A stretch of 64,000 bases of DNA from the human T2T-CHM13v2.0 reference genome, Homo sapiens: NCBI RefSeq assembly GCF_009914755.1, contig NC_060925.1; one strand, 5' to 3'. The stretch's first letter is position 1. Each line of letters starts with the position of its first letter. Both the position numbers and the translations under genes were made by a program. Below the pieces are notes generated by a model. It was not told the DNA's origin, made no database searches, and worked only from the letters and a program-made list of their open reading frames with translations. Positions 1 through 11,900 of this stretch are shown here, piece after piece.

Positions 1-90
1 CTCACAGAGTTTAACCTTTCTTTTCATAGAGCAGTTAGTAAACACTCTGTTTATAAAGTCTGCAAGTGGATATTCAGACCCCTTTGAGGC

Positions 91-107
91 CTTCGTTGGA
101 AACGGGA
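91..107 (+). promoter_or_regulatory. CENP-B box (first of ~188 box positions, one per dimer; the last is truncated at 63988-64000)
   Basis: CTTCGTTGGAAACGGGA matches the 17-bp CENP-B box (core nTTCGnnnnAnnCGGGn). It recurs at 431, 771, 1111, 1451 and so on, always on the + strand. X dimers end the box in CGGGT, which keeps the core intact. Confidence 0.98.
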
Positions 108-844
108 TTTCTTCATATTATGCTAGACAGAAGAATTCTCAGTAACTTCCTTGTGTTGTGTGTATACAACTCACAGAGTTGAACTTTCATTTAGAGAGAG
201 CAGATTTGAAACACTGTTTTTGTGGAATTTGCAAGTGGAGATTTCAAGCGCTTTGGGGCCAAAGGCAGAAAAGGAAATATCTTCGTATAAAAACTAGACA
301 GAATCATTCTCAGAAACTGCTGCGTGATGTGTGCGTTCAACTCTCAGAGTTTAACTTTTCTTTTCATTCAGCGGTTTGGAAACACTCTGTTTGTAAAGTC
401 TGCACGTGGATATTTTGACCACTTAGAGGCCTTCGTTGGAAACGGGTTTTTTTCATGTAAGGCTAGACAGAAGAATTCCCAGTAACTTCCTTGTGTTGTG
501 TGCACTCAACTCACAGAGTTGAACGTTCCCTTAGACAGAGCAGATTTGAAACACTCTATTTGTGCAATTTGCAAGCGTAGATTTCAAGCGCTTTAAGGTC
601 AATGGCAGAAAAGGAAATATCTTCGTTTCAAAACTAGACAGAATCATTCCCACAAACTGCGTTGTGATGTGTGCGTTCAACTCACAGAGTTTAACTTTTC
701 TTTTCATAGAGCAGTTAGGAAACACTCTGTTTGTAAAGTCTGCAAGTGGATATTCAGACCTCTTTGAGGCCTTCGTTGGAAACGGGATTTCTTCATATTC
801 TGCTAGACAGAATAATTCTCAGTAACTTCCTTGTGTTGTGTGTA

Positions 845-863
845 TTCAACTCACAGAGTTGAA
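845..863. repeat. Short dyad symmetry TTCAACTC-ACA-GAGTTGAA (representative; present in most dimers)
   Basis: TTCAACTC is the exact reverse complement of GAGTTGAA, giving an 8-bp stem with a 3-nt spacer. The partner monomer has the one-mismatch version GTTCAACTCACAGAGTTTAAC. Confidence 0.9.
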
Positions 864-2512
864 TGATCCTTTACAGAGAGCAGACTTGAAACATTCTTTT
901 TGTGGAATTTGCAAGTGGAGATTTCAGCCGCTTTGAGGTCAATGGTAGAAAAGGAAATATCTTCGTATAAAGACTAGACAGAATGATTCTCAGAAACTCC
1001 TTTGTGATGTGTGCGTTCAACTCACAGAGTTTAACTTTTCTTTTCATAGAGCAGTTAGGAAACACTCTGTTTCTAAAGTCTGCAAGTGGATATTCAGACC
1101 TCTTTGAGGCCTTCGTTGGAAACGGGATTTCTTCGTATTCTGCTAGACAGAAGAATTCTCAGTAACTTCCTTGTGTTGTGTGTATTCAACTCACAGAGTT
1201 GAAAGATCCTTTACAGAGAGCAGACTTGAAACACTCTTTTTGTGGAATTTGCAAGTGGAGATTTCAGCCGCTTTGAGGTCAATGGTAGAATAGGAAATAT
1301 CTTCCTATAGAAACTAGACAGAATGATTCTCAGAAACTCCTTTGTGATGTGTGCGTTCAACTCACAGAGTTTAACCTTTCTTTTCATAGAGCAGTTAGGA
1401 AACACTCTGTTTGTAAAGTCTGCAAGTGGATATTCAGACCTCTTTGAGGCCTTCGTTGGAAACGGGATTTCTTCATATTCTGCTAGACAGAAGAATTGTC
1501 AGTAACTTCCTTGTGTTGTGTGTATTCAACTCACAGAGTTGAACGATCCTTTACAGAGAGCAGACTTGAAACACTCTTTTTGTGGAATTTGCAAGTGGAG
1601 ATTTCATCCAATTTGAGGTCAATAGTAGAAAAGGAAATATCTTCGTAGAAAAACTAGACAGAATGATTCTCAGAAAGTCCTTTGTGATGTGTGTTTTCAA
1701 CTCACAGAGTTTAACCTTTCTTTTCATAGAGCAGTTAGTAAACACTCTGTTTATAAAGTCTGTAAGTGGATAATCAGACCCCTTTGAGGCCTTCGTTGGA
1801 AACGGGATTTCTTCATATTATGCTAGACAGAAGAATTCTCAGTAACTTCCTTGTGTTGTGTTTATACAACTGACAGAGTTGAACTTTCATTTAGAGAGAG
1901 CAGATTTGAAACACTGTTTTTGTGGAATTTGCAAGTGGAGATTTCAAGCACTTTGGGGCCAAAGGCATAAAAGGAAATATCTTCGTATAAAAACTAGACA
2001 GAATGATTCTCAGAAACTGCTGCGTGATGTGTGCGTTCAACTCTCAGAGTTTAACTTTTCTTTTCATTCAGCGGTTTGGAAACACTCTGTTTGTAAAGTC
2101 TGCACGTGGATATTTTGACCACTTAGAGGCCTTCGTTGGAAACGGGTATTTTTCATGTAAGGCTAGACAGAAGAATTCCCAGTAAATTCCTTGTGTTGTG
2201 TGCATTCAACTCACAGAGTTGAACGTTCCCTTAGACAGAGCAGATTTGAAACACTCTATTTGTGCAATTTGCAAGTGTAGATTTCAAGCGCTTTAAAGGT
2301 CAATGGCAGAAAAGGGAATATCTTCGTTTCAAAACTAGACAGAATCATTCCCACAAACTGCGTTGTGATGTGTTCGTTCAACTCACAGAGTTTAACCTTT
2401 CTGTTCATAGAGCAGTTAGGAAACACTCTGTTTGTAAAGTCTGTAAGTGGATATTCTGACATCTTGTGGCCTTTGTTGGAAACGGGATTTCTTCATATTC
2501 TGCTAGACAGAA

Positions 2513-3872
2513 GAATTCTCAGTAACTTCCTTGTGTTGTGTGTATTCAACTCACAGAGTTGCACGATCCTTTACACAGAGCAGACTTGAAACACTCTTTT
2601 TGTGGAATTTGCAAGTGGAGATTTCAGCCACTTTGAGGTCAATGGTAGAATAGGAAATATCTTCCTATAGAAACTAGACAGAATGATTCTCAGAAACTCC
2701 TTTGTGATGTGTGCGTTCAACTCACAGAATTTAACATTTCTTTTCATAGAGCAGTTAGGAAACACTCTGTTTGTAAAGTCTGTAAGTGGATATTCAGACC
2801 TCTTTGAGGCCTTCGTTGGAAACGGGATTTCTTCGTATTCTGCTAGACAGAAGAATTCTCAGTAACTTCCTTGTGTTGTGTGTATTCAACTCACAGAGTT
2901 GAACGATCCTTTACAGAGAGCAGACTTGAAACACTCTTTTTGTGGAATTTGCAAGTGGAGATTTCAGCCGCTTTGAGGTCAATGGTAGAATAGGAAATAT
3001 CTTCGTAGAAAAACTAGACAGAATGATTCTCAGAAAATCCTTTGTGATGTGTGCGTTCAACTCACAGAGTTTAACTTTTCTTTTCATAGAGCAGTTAGGA
3101 AACACTCTGTTTGTAAAGTCTGCAAGTGGATATTCAGACCTCTTTGAGGCCTTCGTTGGAAACGTTATTTCTTCATATTATGCTAGACAGAATAATTCTC
3201 AGTAACTTCCTTGTGTTGTGTGTATTCAACTCACAGAGTTGAACGATCCTTTACACAGAGCAGACTTGAAACACTCTTTTTGTGTAATTTGCAAGTGGAG
3301 ATTTCAGCCGATTTGAGGTCAATGGTAGAATAGGAAATATCTTCCTATAGAAACTAGACAGAATGATTCTCAGAAACTCCTTTGTGATGTGTGCGTTCAA
3401 CTCACAGAATTTAACATTTCTTTTCATAGAGCAGTTAGGAAACACTCTGTTTGTAAAGTCTGCAAGTGGATATTCAGACCTCTTTGAGGCCTTCGTTGGA
3501 AACGGGATTTCTTCATATTCTGCTAGACGGAAGAATTCTCAGTAACTTCCTTGTGTTGTGTGTATTCAACTCACAGAGTTGAACGATCCTTTACAGAGAG
3601 CAGACTTGAAACACTCTTTTTGTGGAATTTGCAAGTGGAGATTTCAGCCGCTTTGAGGTCAATGGTAGAATAGGAAATATCTTCGTAGAAAAACTAGACA
3701 GAATGATTCTCAGAAAATCCTTTGTGATGTGTGCGTTCAACTCACAGAGTTTAACTTTTCTTTTCATAGAGCAGTTAGGAAACACTCTGTTTGTAAAGTC
3801 TGCAAGTGGATATTCAGACCTCTTTGAGGCCTTCGTTGGAAACGGGATTTCTTCATATTCTGCTAGACAGAA
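2513..3872 (+). repeat. Local 680-bp (4-monomer) tandem duplication inside a 14-mer HOR
   Basis: The dimer pair [cagaatttaacatttc] + [taggaaatatcttcgtagaa...cagaaaatcc] occurs twice in a row (2513-3192, 3193-3872). The same arrangement recurs near 11.35, 20.19, 34.46 and 48.74 kb. Confidence 0.85.
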
Positions 3873-5912
3873 GAATTCTCAGTAACTTCCTTGTGTTGTG
3901 TGTATTCAACTCACACAGTTGAACGATCCTTTACACAGAGCAGACTTGAAACACTCTTTTTGTGGAATTTGCAAGTGGAGATTTCAGCCGCTTTGAGGTC
4001 AATAGTAGAAAAGGAAATATCTTCGTAGAAAAACTAGACAGAATGATTCTCAGAAACTCCTTTGTGATGTGTGTTTTCAACTCACAGAGTTTAACCTTTC
4101 TTTTCATAGAGCAGTTATTAAACACTCTGTTTATAAAGTCTGCAAGTGGATATTCAGACCCCTTTGAGGCCTTCGTTGGAAACGGGATTTCTTCATATTA
4201 TGCTAGACAGAAGAATTCTCAGTAACTTCCTTGTGTTGTGTGTATACAACTCACAGAGTTGAACTTTCATTTAGAGAGAGCAGATTTGAAACACTGTTTT
4301 TGTGGAATTTGCAAGTGGAGATTTCAAGCGCTTTGGGGCCAAAGGCAGAAAAGGAAATATCTTCGTATAAAAACTAGACAGAATCATTCTCAGAAACTGC
4401 TGCGTGATGTGTGCGTTCAACTCTCAGAGTTTAACTTTTCTTTTCATTCAGCGGTTTGGAAACACTCTGTTTGTAAAGTCTGCACGTGGATATTTTGACC
4501 ACTTAGAGGCCTTCGTTGGAAACGGGTTTTTTTCATGTAAGGCTAGACAGAAGAATTCCCAGTAACTTCCTTGTGTTGTGTGCATTCAACTCACAGAGTT
4601 GAACGTTCCCTTAGACAGAGCAGATTTGAAACACTCTATTTGTGCAATTTGCAAGCGTAGATTTCAAGCGCTTTAAGGTCAATGGCAGAAAAGGAAATAT
4701 CTTCGTTTCAAAACTAGACAGAATCATTCCCACAAACTGCGTTGTGATGTGTGCGTTCAAATCATAGAGTTTAACTTTTCTTTTCATAGAGCAGTTAGGA
4801 AACACTCTGTTTGTAAAGTCTGCAAGTGGATATTCAGACCTCTTTGAGGCCTTCGTTGGAAACGGGATTTCTTCATATTCTGCTAGACAGAATAATTCTC
4901 AGTAACTTCCTTGTGTTGTGTGTATTCAACTCACAGAGTTGAATGATCCTTTACAGAGAGCAGACTTGAAACATTCTTTTTGTGGAATTTGCAAGTGGAG
5001 ATTTCAGCCGCTTTGAGGTCAATGGTAGAAAAGGAAATATCTTCGTATAAAGACTAGACAGAATGATTCTCAGAAACTCCTTTGTGATGTGTGCGTTCAA
5101 CTCACAGAGTTTAACTTTTCTTTTCATACAGCAGTTAGGAAACACTCTGTTTGTAAAGTCTGCAAGTGGATATTCAGACCTCTTTGAGGCCTTCGTTGGA
5201 AACGGGATTTCTTCGTATTCTGCTAGACAGAAGAATTCTCAGTAACTTCCTTGTGTTGTGTGTATTCAACTCACAGAGTTGAAAGATCCTTTACAGAGAG
5301 CAGACTTGAAACACTCTTTTTGTGGAATTTGCAAGTGGAGATTTCAGCCGCTTTGAGGTCAATGGTAGAATAGGAAATATCTTCCTATAGAAACTAGACA
5401 GAATGATTCTCAGAAACTCCTTTGTGATGTGTGCGTTCAACTCACAGAGTTTAACCTTTCTTTTCATAGAGCAGTTAGGAAACACTCTGTTTGTAAAGTC
5501 TGCAAGTGGATATTCAGACCTCTTTGAGGCCTTCGTTGGAAACGGGATTTCTTCATATTCTGCTAGACAGAAGAATTGTCAGTAACTTCCTTGTGTTGTG
5601 TGTATTCAACTCACAGAGTTGAACGATCCTTTACAGAGAGCAGACTTGAAACACTCTTTTTGTGGAATTTGCAAGTGGAGATTTCAGCCGCTTTGAGGTC
5701 AATAGTAGAAAAGGAAATATCTTCACAGAAAAACTAGACAGAATGATTCTCAGAAACTCCTTTGTGATGTGTGTGTTCAACTCACAGAGTTTAACCTTTC
5801 TTTTCATAGAGCAGTTAGTAAACACTCTGTTTATAAAGTCTGCAAGTGGATATTCAGACCCCTTTGAGGCCTTCGTTGGAAACGGCATTTCTTCATATTA
5901 TGCTAGACAGAA

Positions 5913-8632
5913 GAATTCTCAGTAACTTCCTTGTGTTGTGTGTATTCAACTGACAGAGTTGAACTTTCATTTAGAGAGAGCAGATTTGAAACACTGTTTT
6001 TGTGGAATTTGCAAGTGGAGATTTCAAGCGCTTTGGGGCCAAAGGCAGAAAAGGAAATATCTTCGTATAAAAACTAGACAGAATCATTCTCAGAAACTGC
6101 TGCGTGATGTGTGCGTTCAACTCTCAGAGTTTAACTTTTCTTTTCATTCAGCGGTTTGGAAACACTCTGTTTGTAAAGTCTGCACGTGGATATTTTGACC
6201 ACTTAGAGGCCTTCGTTGGAAACGGGTTTTTTTCATGTAAGGCTAGACAGAAGAGTTCCCAGTAACTTCCTTGTGTTGTGTGCATTCAACTCACAGAGTT
6301 GAACGTTCCCTTAGACAGAGCAGATTTGAAACACTCTATTTGTGCAATTTGCAAGTGTAGATTTCAAGCGCTTTAAGGTCAATGGCAGAAAAGGAAATAT
6401 CTTCGTTTCAAAACTAGACAGAATCATTCCCACAAACTGCGTTGTAATGTGTGCGTTCAACTCACAGAGTTTAACCTTTCTTTTCATAGAGCAGTTAGGA
6501 AACACTCTGTTTGTAAAGTCTGCAAGTGGATATTCAGACCTCTTTGAGGCCTTCGTTGGAAACGGGATTTCTTCATATTCTGCTAGACAGAAGAATTCTC
6601 AGTAACTTCCTTGTGTTGTGTGTATTCAACTCACAGAGTTGAACGATCCTTTACAAAGAGCAGACTTGAAACACTCTTTCTGTGGAATTTGCAATTGGAG
6701 ATTTCAGCCGCTTTGAGGACAATGGTAGAATAGGAAATATCTTCCTATAGAAACTAGACAGAATGATTCTCAGAAACTCCTTTGTGATGTGTGCGTTCAA
6801 CTCACAGAGTTTAACCTTTCTTTTCATAGAGCAGTTAGGAAACACTCTGTTTGTAAAGTCTGCAAGTGGATATTCAGACCTCTTTGAGGCCTTCGTTGGA
6901 AACGGGATTTCTTCGTATTCTGCTAGACAGAAGAATTCTCAGTAACTTCCTTGTGTTGTGTGTATTCAACTCACAGAGTTGAACGATCCTTTACACAGAG
7001 CAGACTTGAAACACTCTTTTTGTGGAATTTGCAAGTGGAGATTTCAGCCGCTTTGAGGTCAATAGTAGAAAAGGAAATATCTTCGTAGAAAAACTAGACA
7101 GAATGATTCTCAGAAACTCCTTTGTGATGTGTGTGTTCAACTCACAGAGTTTAACCTTTCTTTTCATAGAGCAGTTAGTAAACACTCTATTTATAAAGTC
7201 TGCAAGTGGATATTCAGACCCCTTTGAGGCCTTCGTTGGAAACGGGATTTCTTCATATTATGTTAGACAGAAGAATTCTCAGTAACTTCCTTGTGTTGTG
7301 TGTATTCAACTGACAGAGTTGAACTTTCATTTAGAGAGAGCAGATTTGAAACACTGTTTTTGTGGAATTTGCAAGTGGAGATTTCAAGCGCTTTGGGGCC
7401 AAAGGCAGAAAACGAAATATCTTCGTATAAAAACTAGACAGAATCATTCTCAGAAACTGCTGCGTGATGTGTGCGTTCAACTCTCAGAGTTTAACTTTTC
7501 TTTTCATTCAGCGGTTTGGAAACACTCTGTTTGTAAAGTCTGCACGTGGATATTTTGACCACTTAGAGGCCTTCGTTGGAAACGGGTTTTTTTCATGTAA
7601 GGCTAGACAGAAGAATTCCCAGTAACTTCCTTGTGTTGTGTGCATTCAACTCACAGAGTTGAACGTTCCCTTAGACAGAGCAGATTTGAAACACTCTATT
7701 TGTGCAATTTGCAAGTGTAGATTTCAAGCGCTTTAAGGTCAATGGCAGAAAAGGAAATATCTTCGTTTCAAAACTAGACAGAATCATTCCCACAAACTGC
7801 GTTGTAATGTGTGCGTTCAACTCACAGAGTTTAACCTTTCTTTTCATAGAGCAGTTAGGAAACACTCTGTTTGTAAAGTCTGCAAGTGGATATTCAGACC
7901 TCTTTGAGGCCTTCGTTGGAAACGGGATTTCTTCATATTCTGCTAGACAGAAGAATTCTCAGTAACTTCCTTGTGTTGTGTGTATTCAACTCACAGAGTT
8001 GAACGATCCTTTACAAAGAGCAGACTTGAAACACTCTTTCTGTGGAATTTGCAATTGGAGATTTCAGCCGCTTTGAGGACAATGGTAGAATAGGAAATAT
8101 CTTCCTATAGAAACTAGACAGAATGATTCTCAGAAACTCCTTTGTGATGTGTGCGTTCAACTCACAGAGTTTAACCTTTCTTTTCATAGAGCAGTTAGGA
8201 AACACTCTGTTTGTAATGTCTGCTAGTGGATATTCAGACCTCTTTGAGGCCTTCGTTGGAAACGGGATTTCTTCGTATTCTGCTAGACAGAAGAATTCTC
8301 AGTAACTTCCTTGTGTTGTGTGTATTCAACTCACAGAGTTGAACGATCCTTTACACAGAGCAGACTTGAAACACTCTTTTTGTGGAATTTGCAAGTGGAG
8401 ATTTCAGCCGCTTTGAGGTCAATAGTAGAAAAGGAAATATCTTCGTAGAAAAACTAGACAGAATGATTCTCAGAAACTCCTTTGTGATGTGTGTGTTCAA
8501 CTCACAGAGTTTAACCTTTCTTTTCATAGAGCAGTTAGTAAACACTCTATTTATAAAGTCTGCAAGTGGATATTCAGACCCCTTTGAGGCCTTCGTTGGA
8601 AACGGGATTTCTTCATATTATGCTAGACAGAA
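5913..8632 (+). repeat. 1,360-bp (8-mer) tandem duplication
   Basis: 5913-7272 and 7273-8632 share gttgtAatgt, ttacaAagag, ctttCtgtgg, gcaaTtgg, gaggAcaa and ctctAtttata at an exact 1,360 offset. Confidence 0.88.
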
Positions 8633-8911
8633 GAATTCTCAGTAACTTCCTTGTGTTGTGTGTATTCAACTGACAGAGTTGAACTTTCATTTAGAGAGAG
8701 CAGATTTGAAACACTGTTTTTGTGGAATTTGCAAGTGGAGATTTCAAGCACTTTGGGGCCAAAGGCAGAAAAGGAAATATCTTCGTATAAAAACTAGAGA
8801 GAATCATTCTCAGAAACTGCTGCGTGATGTGTGCGTTCAACTCTCAGAGTTTAACTTTCCTTTTCATTCAGCGGTTTGGAAACACTCTGTTTGTAAAGTC
8901 TGCACGTGGAT

Positions 8912-11900
8912 ATTTTGACCACTTAGAGGCCTTCGTTGGAAACGGGTTTTTTTCATGTAAGGCTAGACAGAAGAATTCCCAGTAACTTCCTTGTGTTGTG
9001 TGCATTCAACTCACAGAGTTGAACGTTCCCTTAGACAGAGCAGATTTGAAACACTCTATTTGTGCAATTTGCAAGTGTAGATTTCAAGCGCTTTAAGGTC
9101 AATGGCAGAAAAGGAAATATCTTCGTTTCAAAACTAGACAGAATCATTCCCACAAACTGCGTTGTGATGTGTTCGTTCAACTCACAGAGTTTAACCTTTC
9201 TGTTCATAGAGCGGTTAGGAAACACTCTGTTTGTAAAGTCTGTAAGTGGATATTCTGACATCTTGTGGCCTTCGTTGGAAACGGGATTTCTTCATATTCT
9301 GCTAGACAGAAGAATTCTCAGTAACTTCCTTGTGTTGTGTGTATTCAACTCACAGAGTTGAACGATCCTTTACACAGAGCAGACTTGAAACACTCTTTTT
9401 GTGGAATTTGCAAGTGGAGATTTCAGCCGCTTTGAGGTCAATGGTAGAAAAGGAAATATCTTCATATAAAGACTAGACAGAATGATTCTCAGAAACTCCT
9501 TTGTGATGTGTGCGTTCAACTCACAGAGGTTAACCTTTCTTTTCATAGAGCACTTAGGAAACACTCTGTTTGTAAAGTCTGCAAGTGGATATTCAGACCT
9601 CCTTGAGGCCTTCGTTGGAAACGGGATTTCTTCATATTCTGCTAGACAGAAGAATTCCCAGTAACTTCCTTGTGTTGTGTGCATTCAACTCACAGAGTTG
9701 AACGTTCCCTTAGACAGAGCAGATTTGAAACACTCTATTTGTGCAATTTGCAAGTGTAGATTTCAAGCGCTTTAAGGTCAATGGCAGAAAAGGAAATATC
9801 TTCGTTTCAAAACTAGACAGAATCATTCCCACAAACTGCGTTGTAATGTGTGCGTTCAACTCACAGAGTTTAACCTTTCTTTTCATAGAGCAGTTAGGAA
9901 ACACTCTGTTTGTAAAGTCTGCAAGTGGATATTCAGACCTCTTTGAGGCCTTCGTTGGAAACGGGATTTCTTCATATTCTGCTAGACAGAAGAATTCTCA
10001 GTAACTTCCTTGTGTTGTGTGTATTCAACTCACAGAGTTGAACGATCCTTTACAAAGAGCAGACTTGAAACACTCTTTCTGTGGAATTTGCAATTGGAGA
10101 TTTCAGCCGCTTTGAGGACAATGGTAGAATAGGAAATATCTTCCTATAGAAACTAGACAGAATGATTCTCAGAAACTCCTTTGTGATGTGTGCGTTCAAC
10201 TCACAGAGTTTAACCTTTCTTTTCATAGAGCAGTTAGGAAACACTCTGTTTGTAAAGTCTGCAAGTGGATATTCAGACCTCTTTGAGGCCTTCGTTGGAA
10301 ACGGGATTTCTTCGTATTCTGCTAGACAGAAGAATTCTCAGTAACTTCCTTGTGTTGTGTGTATTCAACTCACAGAGTTGAACGATCCTTTACACAGAGC
10401 AGACTTGAAACACTCTTTTTGTGGAATTTGCAAGTGGAGATTTCAGCCGCTTTGAGGTCAATAGTAGAAAAGGAAATATCTTCACAGAAAAACTAGACAG
10501 AATGATTCTCAGAAACTCCTTTGTGATGTGTGTGTTCAACTCACAGAGTTTAACCTTTCTTTTCATAGAGCAGTTAGTAAACACTCTGTTTATAAAGTCT
10601 GCAAGTGGATATTCAGACCCCTTTGAGGCCTTCGTTGGAAACGGGATTTCTTCATATTATGCTAGACAGAAGAATTCTCAGTAACTTCCTTGTGTTGTGT
10701 TTATTCAACTGACAGAGTTGAACTTTCATTTAGAGAGAGCAGATTTGAAACACTGTTTTTGTGGAATTTGCAAGTGGAGATTTCAAGCGCTTTGGGGCCA
10801 AAGGCAGAAAAGGAAATATCTTCGTATAAAAACTAGACAGAATCATTCTCAGAAACTGCTGCGTGATGTGTGCGTTCAACTCTCAGAGTTTAACTTTTCT
10901 TTTCATTCAGCGGTTTGGAAACACTCTGTTTGTAAAGTCTGCACGTGGATATTTTGACCACTTAGAGGCCTTCGTTGGAAACGGGTTTTTTTCATGTAAG
11001 GCTAGACAGAAGAATTCCCAGTAACTTCCTTGTGTTGTGTGCATTCAACTCACAGAGTTGAACGATCCTTTACACAGAGCAGACTTGAAACACTCTTTTT
11101 GTGGAATTTGCAAGTGGAGATTTCAGCCGCTTTGAGGTCAATGGTAGAATAGGAAATATCTTCCTATAGAAACTAGACAGAATGATTATCATAAACTCCT
11201 TTGTGATGTGTGCGTTCAACTCACAGAGTTTAACCTTTCTGTTCATAGAGCAGTTAGGAAACACTCTGTTTGTAAAGTCTGTAAGTGGATATTCTGACAT
11301 CTTGTGGCCTTTGTTGGAAACGGGATTTCTTCATATTCTGCTAGACAGAAGAATTCTCAGTAACTTCCTTGTGTTGTGTGTATTCAACTCACAGAGTTGC
11401 ACGATCCTTTACACAGAGCAGACTTGAAACACTCTTTTTGTGGAATTTGCAAGTGGAGATTTCAGCCACTTTGAGGTCAATGGTAGAATAGGAAATATCT
11501 TCCTATAGAAACTAGACAGAATGATTCTCAGAAACTCCTTTGTGATGTGTGCGTTCAACTCACAGAATTTAACATTTCTTTTCATAGAGCAGTTAGGAAA
11601 CACTCTGTTTGTAAAGTCTGTAAGTGGATATTCAGACCTCTTTGAGGCCTTCGTTGGAAACGGGATTTCTTCGTATTCTGCTAGACAGAAGAATTCTCAG
11701 TAACTTCCTTGTGTTGTGTGTATTCAACTCACAGAGTTGAACGATCCTTTACAGAGAGCAGACTTGAAACACTCTTTTTGTGGAATTTGCAAGTGGAGAT
11801 TTCAGCCGCTTTGAGGTCAATGGTAGAATAGGAAATATCTTCGTAGAAAAACTAGACAGAATGATTCTCAGAAAATCCTTTGTGATGTGTGCGTTCAACT

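Noticed and set aside
444-453. GGG followed by a T7 tract after the CENP-B box in X dimers, resembling a terminator or Pol III stop
   Set aside because: It is a fixed feature of one HOR monomer with no upstream GC hairpin or RNA gene, and nothing in the sequence supports a function.
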